IMG/VR virus record: IMGVR_UViG_3300048583_000222
Span: 11,766-75,765 of that record
Source of the DNA: a virus
Direction: 5' to 3' (one strand)
DNA: 64,000 nt
The position numbers and the translations under genes were made by a program. The notes below the pieces were generated by a model that was given only the letters and a program-made list of their open reading frames with translations, searched no databases and had not been told where the DNA came from. Positions 58,641-64,000 of the stretch are shown piece after piece (the stretch's first letter is position 1; the number at the start of each line of letters is the position of its first letter).

Positions 58641-60103
58641 TACAGCTGAATCAAGGCCAGCAGGCTGCGCACGATCAGTTAGTAGCGTACATGTTGCGCA
58701 AGGACAAGAGTAAGGACATGTGGTTGTTGAAAGGATACGCAGGGACAGGGAAGACCACCACTATTGGTACGGTACTGTCCACTGTATTCGACCACTACCG
58801 AACGGTGAATATGAATTCACAGTACCCGGTAGATCCGCAAATTGCAGTCAGTGCTCCTACGCATAAAGCGGTACAGGTACTCAAGAAGATGCAGACCTTC
58901 AGTTCGAATGTGGTGTATGCGACCATACACTCTCTATTGGGACTCAAAGAGCACATCAACCCGATAACGGGTAAGCAGGAGTTCAAGCAGGATTACGATC
59001 CGAACAGACCTCCCCGCATTGAAGGGTTCAGCATCCTGGTACTGGACGAGACCTCTATGCTCAGTGATGAGCTGTTCAAATTGCTGCTACCCTATGTACG
59101 TGATGGACTCAGGCTCGTCATGATGGGTGACCCGGTACAGATTCCTCCGGTAAATGAAGGGGATCCTGTCCCTTTCATGGAAGCAGGACAGCAGAAGTAC
59201 AACATCGGTACCATGGAGCTCACGGAGATTGTGCGTCAGGCTGCGGATAACCCTATTCTGGGCTACGCTACAGAGCTGCGTAACGTGTACAAGACCGGTA
59301 ACCCTGTTGCTGCTACCAGTATAGTCAATGACCGTGGTATCATAGTCATGGAAGGTGCGGATCGTCAGGAGCAACTCGACCTGATCAAGGAGCTATTTGC
59401 GACAACTGACTTTGCCGATGATTCCGATCACGCCAAGGTCATTGCATGGACAAACGCTACGGTGAATGCTTCCAACAATATGATCCGCAAGATCATCTAC
59501 AAGCATATACTCGAGGAGCGTGGTGCCATACCCAGTATTCTGCAGGGAGAAAAGCTGATCTGTGATGGTCCTGTGAAGGACAGTGAACAACCCAGTAAGA
59601 TCCTGTTGCATACCAATCAAGAGGTAGAGGTACTGTCCTATACGATCGCCACCAAGAAGATCACGTTCGAAACACCTGAGTTCAATCTGGAAGGGGATAA
59701 TCTGGTAGAGGTGGACATCAAGTACTACAACTGCCGCATCTCGTACGAGGTACTGGACAATGACGGAACCATCAAGAAGAAGGAAAGCGTCATCCATATT
59801 ATCCACGAGAACAGTGAACCTGAGTTCGAGAAGTACCAGTTGCAGCACAAGAAAGCTACGATGGCTCAGAAGAATCCACAGATCCGTGCTACCATGTGGC
59901 GTAAGTTCTATGCCAATGAGGAGCGCTTCGCGTGGATGAAGTACAACTACGCCATCACAGCACACAAGAGCCAGGGGTCCACCTATAACAAGGTGATCAT
60001 GATCAACTGGGACATGGACAAGAATCGCAAGGTAGAAGAACGCAATCGTATCAAGTATGTGGCAGCCACCAGGCCCCGTCACATGCTGTACGTGGTAAAT
60101 TAA
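58637..60103 (+). CDS. dda: Dda/RecD-like SF1B helicase
   Basis: GYAGTGKTT, SAPTHKAV, ATIHSLLGL, VLDETSM, MGDPVQIPPV, EIVRQ, YAITAHKSQGSTY and YVAATR motifs. Confidence 0.9.
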   Translation: MIQLNQGQQAAHDQLVAYMLRKDKSKDMWLLKGYAGTGKTTTIGTVLSTVFDHYRTVNMNSQYPVDPQIAVSAPTHKAVQVLKKMQTFSSNVVYATIHSLLGLKEHINPITGKQEFKQDYDPNRPPRIEGFSILVLDETSMLSDELFKLLLPYVRDGLRLVMMGDPVQIPPVNEGDPVPFMEAGQQKYNIGTMELTEIVRQAADNPILGYATELRNVYKTGNPVAATSIVNDRGIIVMEGADRQEQLDLIKELFATTDFADDSDHAKVIAWTNATVNASNNMIRKIIYKHILEERGAIPSILQGEKLICDGPVKDSEQPSKILLHTNQEVEVLSYTIATKKITFETPEFNLEGDNLVEVDIKYYNCRISYEVLDNDGTIKKKESVIHIIHENSEPEFEKYQLQHKKATMAQKNPQIRATMWRKFYANEERFAWMKYNYAITAHKSQGSTYNKVIMINWDMDKNRKVEERNRIKYVAATRPRHMLYVVN

Positions 60104-60108
60104 CCAGT

Positions 60109-61317
60109 ATGGCAGAAATCAATGAGATCAAAGATGGTATCCAGGATGCTGCCTTTGTACAATGGAGAAAGAACCTCTGCCGTGGTACCATAGCAGGTGC
60201 CACTGGCATGGGGAAGAGTCGCATTGCTGTAATGGCCATGGAGTATATACGTAAGAGTGTCGAGCCTCTTTCGCCACGCATCCTGATCCTTGTACCTACT
60301 GAAGAACTCCGGGACAAGAACTGGCCTGAGGAGATTCGAAAGTGGTGCAAGACTGATGCGGAGTATGAGAAGGTTATGCTCAATGTACGCATGGAATGTT
60401 ACGCATCCGCTCATACCGTACAGGGAGAGCAATGGGATCTGGTTGTACTCGACGAGATACACCACATGACTGATCGTGTGGAAACACTGTTTCACTACAA
60501 TCAGATCATTGCGGTGCTGGGCCTTACGGCCACACCTCCCAACCAGAAACGTGATCTGGTTAAGTACACCCTTATCAGCCAGTATGCCCCGGTAGTATTC
60601 AAGTACACACTCGATCAGGGCGTGGACGATGGGGTTGTTGCGGACTTCGAGATCATCGTGATCAACGAGGGCCTGGACAACATCAAGAAGAACATCACGG
60701 GAGGTACTGCCAAGGCACCTTTCCTGACAACCGAGGCCAAACAGTACGAGTACCTGAACAATGTCTGTAAGCGGGCCATGGCCATGCCACAGAGTCCGCA
60801 GAAGGACAATGCGGTGAAGTTCAGTATCCTCAAACGCAGCCGGTTCATCTACAACTTGCCCAGTAAGACTGCGCTTGCCCGTGAATTGCTCAAGCGCCTC
60901 CCTGAGGATCAGCGCATTATCACTTTTTGTGGTGGTATTGAGCAGTCCCGGGAACTGTTCGGGGAGAATGTGTACAACAGCAAGGACAAGAAGCTCAATA
61001 AGCTGGAGGAGTTTAAGAAGAACCTGGACATGAAACGGTTAGGAGTAGTAAATGCCGTCGACGAGGGGCACAACATCCCTGACATGGACATTGCCATCAT
61101 CGTACAGACCAACTCCAATGATCGTACGATCGTGCAGCGCATAGGCAGGGTTGTAAGGGTACGGGAAGGGCACAAAGCACTGGTATTTGTACTCTGTGCT
61201 GCCGGAACGCAGGACGAATTCTGGGTGAAAAAGGCGCTCTCAGAGTTCGATCAGAGTAAGATAAAACATATCCACAGTAGAGACATTTACACGGGTAGTT
61301 TCTTCGAAAATCGCTGA
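60109..61317 (+). CDS. Superfamily 2 helicase
   Basis: ATGMGKS, VVLDEIH, LGLTAT, DEGHNIPD and VQRIGRVVR motifs. Confidence 0.9.
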   Translation: MAEINEIKDGIQDAAFVQWRKNLCRGTIAGATGMGKSRIAVMAMEYIRKSVEPLSPRILILVPTEELRDKNWPEEIRKWCKTDAEYEKVMLNVRMECYASAHTVQGEQWDLVVLDEIHHMTDRVETLFHYNQIIAVLGLTATPPNQKRDLVKYTLISQYAPVVFKYTLDQGVDDGVVADFEIIVINEGLDNIKKNITGGTAKAPFLTTEAKQYEYLNNVCKRAMAMPQSPQKDNAVKFSILKRSRFIYNLPSKTALARELLKRLPEDQRIITFCGGIEQSRELFGENVYNSKDKKLNKLEEFKKNLDMKRLGVVNAVDEGHNIPDMDIAIIVQTNSNDRTIVQRIGRVVRVREGHKALVFVLCAAGTQDEFWVKKALSEFDQSKIKHIHSRDIYTGSFFENR

Positions 61318-61348
61318 TTTTTCTGTATTTTGTATACCCTTTTCACGT

Positions 61349-61876
61349 ATGACAAATCTGCAAGAAGCGGTACAATACCTGCTTGAAAATGGCTTCGCAG
61401 CCGTTGTCAAAGGCAAGTATATGTTCACCGCCAAATTCAACAAGGAGATCCTGGGTGTGACCAAAGGACTCGCCATGATGCCGGGAAACATCCCGGTCGT
61501 GATCGAACCTGACATCCCCAAGAAAATCACCTGGGAAGACATGTACCAACGCTTCATCCTCGAAGCCAAGGTACCTGCCAGAATCCTCAATCCCAGAGGT
61601 ACTGCCTACCAGACCAATGCGTACAGTGAGGGTGGTATGAAAGCATTCCGCAAAGCCATCGAGAAGGAGAAGATAGACTATCAACTCCTGCTGGAAGCTA
61701 CGCAGTTGTACTATACCAGCAGCATTGACCTGAAGATGGCCATAGGCAGATTCATGGAAGAGGGTAGCTGGCGTACATACTACCAGGAACTCATCGACCA
61801 TAAGAAAGCAGGTACACTATCCGATCACGTAAAATCCACCAAAGATGAGTCAAGTACACGCTGGCGTATCGGATGA
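61349..61876 (+). CDS. Hypothetical protein (possible helicase loader/replication factor)
   Basis: 175-aa ORF directly upstream of and overlapping the replicative helicase; function inferred. Confidence 0.5.
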   Translation: MTNLQEAVQYLLENGFAAVVKGKYMFTAKFNKEILGVTKGLAMMPGNIPVVIEPDIPKKITWEDMYQRFILEAKVPARILNPRGTAYQTNAYSEGGMKAFRKAIEKEKIDYQLLLEATQLYYTSSIDLKMAIGRFMEEGSWRTYYQELIDHKKAGTLSDHVKSTKDESSTRWRIG

Positions 61877-63041
61877 TGGGTTAAACATCACACCAGAGCT
61901 TAGGTCCATTGTGGACACGGTCGTCAATTGGGAATCCCTGGAGGCAGGGCATTTCATGCGACTGGTAGAAGAAGGTCGCAAGGGAAAGAATGTTGGTTGG
62001 GGCAATGGGTTCACCCGACTCAACAAGTACCTGCACGGTACACACAGGGGACGGTACTACCTCGTCGGAGCAGACAGTGGAGTGGGCAAAACCACTTATG
62101 CGGACTTCTCCTACGTGCTGGAGCAATATGAGTATGCCAAGCAGCACGGGAAGAGGTGGTTCTGTTACTACTACTCATTTGAGCTCAGCAAGACCGAGAA
62201 GATTGCCAGATGGGTAAGCTACTTCATCGCCAGTAAGTACAATGTGGTCATGCCATCCAATTACATCCTCGGCCGTATTGCCGGGAATGTACCGGATGAC
62301 AAGGCCATGGGCTACATACGGGCCGGGTATGCCTACGTGAATGAGATGCTGCAGCACATCAAGTTTATTGATGACGCTGTACATCCGACCAAGATCTTCA
62401 TGACCCTGCGCGCACATTACGCCAATCATGGTACGATCAAGGAAGGAAAGAAAGCACCGGGCAAACAGTACGGGCCCATAGAAGGGTACACGCCTGCCCC
62501 GGGGCATGAGGACGACATGGTGACTGTAGTCGTCGATCACGTAGCGCTATCCCATTCTGAGCAGGGTATGGACACTAAGCAGACCATTGACCTGCTCAGT
62601 AAGTACGCAGTCGCATTGCGCAATCTGTTCGGAGCCACGTTCGTGTTCCTGCAGCAATTCTCCACTGACATGCAATCCTGGCATCGTAATGCCAAGAAGA
62701 TCTCCGACAAGTTCATCGCTCCACAGCGACTGGACTTCGGTGACTCCAAGTATACGTACCGGGATGCTGATGTTGTACTGGGTCTGGTGTCACCACATCA
62801 GTTCGAACTGCCCAAGTACTTCGGGTACGATGTCGACCAGCTGGGCGGGTACATGCTGGGTACACACATCATGAAGAACCGGTATGGTCCCTCATCTGTG
62901 ATGATGCCTATGTTCATGAACCCGCTCTGCGGTGTACTGGAGGAACTTCCTGCAGATACCCACGAACTGTCCCTTGAGGAGCATTTTGAAAAGGCCCGTA
63001 AAATTGAAGAGTTATGTCAGAAATTCTCACCAAGAATGTGA
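61845..63041 (+). CDS. DnaB-like (SF4) replicative helicase, crAss type
   Basis: YYLVGADSGVGKTT, YYSFEL, VVVDHVAL, FLQQF, GDSKYTYRDAD and HIMKNRYG motifs. Confidence 0.85.
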   Translation: MSQVHAGVSDDGLNITPELRSIVDTVVNWESLEAGHFMRLVEEGRKGKNVGWGNGFTRLNKYLHGTHRGRYYLVGADSGVGKTTYADFSYVLEQYEYAKQHGKRWFCYYYSFELSKTEKIARWVSYFIASKYNVVMPSNYILGRIAGNVPDDKAMGYIRAGYAYVNEMLQHIKFIDDAVHPTKIFMTLRAHYANHGTIKEGKKAPGKQYGPIEGYTPAPGHEDDMVTVVVDHVALSHSEQGMDTKQTIDLLSKYAVALRNLFGATFVFLQQFSTDMQSWHRNAKKISDKFIAPQRLDFGDSKYTYRDADVVLGLVSPHQFELPKYFGYDVDQLGGYMLGTHIMKNRYGPSSVMMPMFMNPLCGVLEELPADTHELSLEEHFEKARKIEELCQKFSPRM

Positions 63042-63775
63042 TGTTGCCCGCGAAAGTCGTAAAGGCAACCAGGTTATCTCCCAAGATACTGGTACTATAC
63101 GGCGTACCCAAAGTGGGTAAGACAAAAGTACTGACGGATCTGGGCGACGAGTGCCTCATCCTGGACACAGAAGACGGTACGGCTATGTACGACTGTCTGA
63201 ACGTGCCCATCAGCAGTGCTGCCATGCTCGATAAGTTTATCGACGCGGTCAGGGCTGAGGCAAAAGCCCGTAAGGAATCCGGCAAGACCGGTGATGAACT
63301 GTATCCGTACAAGTACGGTGCAGTAGACACACTGGATAAGCTGGAGGAGATTGCGGAGATCGAAGCCACCCGAAAGTACAAGGCCAGTAACCTATGTAGC
63401 AAGGAATTCAAGGCAGAAGGTAAGAGCGTCACCGAGCTTCCGCACGGTTTGGGCTACTACTATCTGCGTGAGGAATTGTTACTGATGATCAACAAACTGG
63501 CGCCGATTTTCAAGTACCTCATCCTTGTTGTCCACGTGAAGGAAAAGCTTCTGGACAAGAAGGGAGAGCAAGTGAAGGTTAATGACATTTCACTGACCGG
63601 TAAACTCGGTATGATGGTGTGTGCGAAAGCAGATGCTATCGGATACCTGAGCCGGGAAACCAATGGACTCCAGGTCAGCTTCCAGACCTCGGAGAGCCAT
63701 GTCATGGGAGCTCGTCAGCCACACCTGGCTGGGCAGAAGTTCCCGTTCGACTGGAAGAAGATTTATATCGATTGA
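63014..63775 (+). CDS. AAA-family ATPase (Sak4-like recombinase candidate)
   Basis: LYGVPKVGKT, ILDTEDG, AVDTLD, GLGY and ADAIGYL motifs. Confidence 0.8.
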   Translation: MSEILTKNVMLPAKVVKATRLSPKILVLYGVPKVGKTKVLTDLGDECLILDTEDGTAMYDCLNVPISSAAMLDKFIDAVRAEAKARKESGKTGDELYPYKYGAVDTLDKLEEIAEIEATRKYKASNLCSKEFKAEGKSVTELPHGLGYYYLREELLLMINKLAPIFKYLILVVHVKEKLLDKKGEQVKVNDISLTGKLGMMVCAKADAIGYLSRETNGLQVSFQTSESHVMGARQPHLAGQKFPFDWKKIYID

Positions 63776-63801
63776 CCGAAACGCGTAAAAATTAACACGC
63801 T

Positions 63802-64000
63802 ATGTTAGAGTTTCTGAAGAAAGTACAGGCCACAGCGCCTGAGACTGCGATCCGCAGGGCCAGCGGAGTTCGTAAAGAGCGTAACCCAGTGAACGCTGAC
63901 CTGCGCATATTCGTAGACGGGAGTGTGTATCCCTCTGCGGACCTGGCAGGTAAGTTCAAACTGGAGTATGGCAACAAACCCGAAGAGGGACAATCTGCAA
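63802..64000 (+). CDS. Hypothetical protein, truncated by window end
   Basis: MLEFLKKVQATAPETAIRRASGVRKERNP..., open to the end of the window. Confidence 0.55.
   Translation, partial: MLEFLKKVQATAPETAIRRASGVRKERNPVNADLRIFVDGSVYPSADLAGKFKLEYGNKPEEGQSA

Noticed and set aside
54061-63041. Inteins in polA, DnaB-like helicase or terminase
   Set aside because: No C/S...HN splice-junction pattern in frame; the interruptions have group I RNA cores and stop codons.
1-64000. Stop-codon reassignment (TAG to Gln or TGA to Trp) as in some crAss-like phages
   Set aside because: TerL, portal, MCP, helicases and the giant ORF are uninterrupted in the standard code, and TAA, TAG and TGA all end genes. The only fragmented gene (polA) is explained by introns.
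1-64000. CRISPR array, diversity-generating retroelement, integrase, primase, lysis and tail-fibre genes
   Set aside because: No spaced direct repeats and no RT, integrase, primase, lysin or fibre motifs were seen. Primase, lysis and fibre genes probably lie outside this window, so their absence is not informative.

Overview
64 kb of a crAss-like (Crassvirales-related) Bacteroidota phage genome. It is read in the standard genetic code and is roughly 50% GC by eye. The left two-thirds (about 1-42,930) is one minus-strand late/structural unit. In transcription order it holds small accessory genes, terminase, portal, scaffold, major capsid, head-tail/ring/nozzle genes, cargo proteins, a 1,746-aa cargo protein and a >3,890-aa virion RNA polymerase polyprotein. 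That polyprotein is missing from the supplied ORF track because it runs off the window edge. After a strand switch at about 43.0 kb come plus-strand early genes, a dense RNA cluster (tRNA-Phe, a tRNA-Leu-like RNA with a rebuilt anticodon arm, and other structured RNAs) and a replication module. The replication module has UDG, a family A DNA polymerase split by two group I introns, a DnaA-C-like HTH protein, Dda-like, SF2 and DnaB-like helicases and an AAA ATPase. The most striking observations are: (1) the virion RNAP carries two zincin proteases, a SLOG domain, a macro-like domain and a complete C-terminal Dda/RecD helicase; (2) a 2-oxoacid-dehydrogenase E3-binding (PSBD) domain sits inside a virion cargo protein; (3) two unassigned structured RNAs; (4) both intron homing-endonuclease ORFs start 4 nt after a Bacteroidota -7 promoter, suggesting leaderless mRNAs; (5) a Tad1/Acb2-like signal-sponge candidate. 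All family assignments come from motif recognition by eye; no database searches were run.
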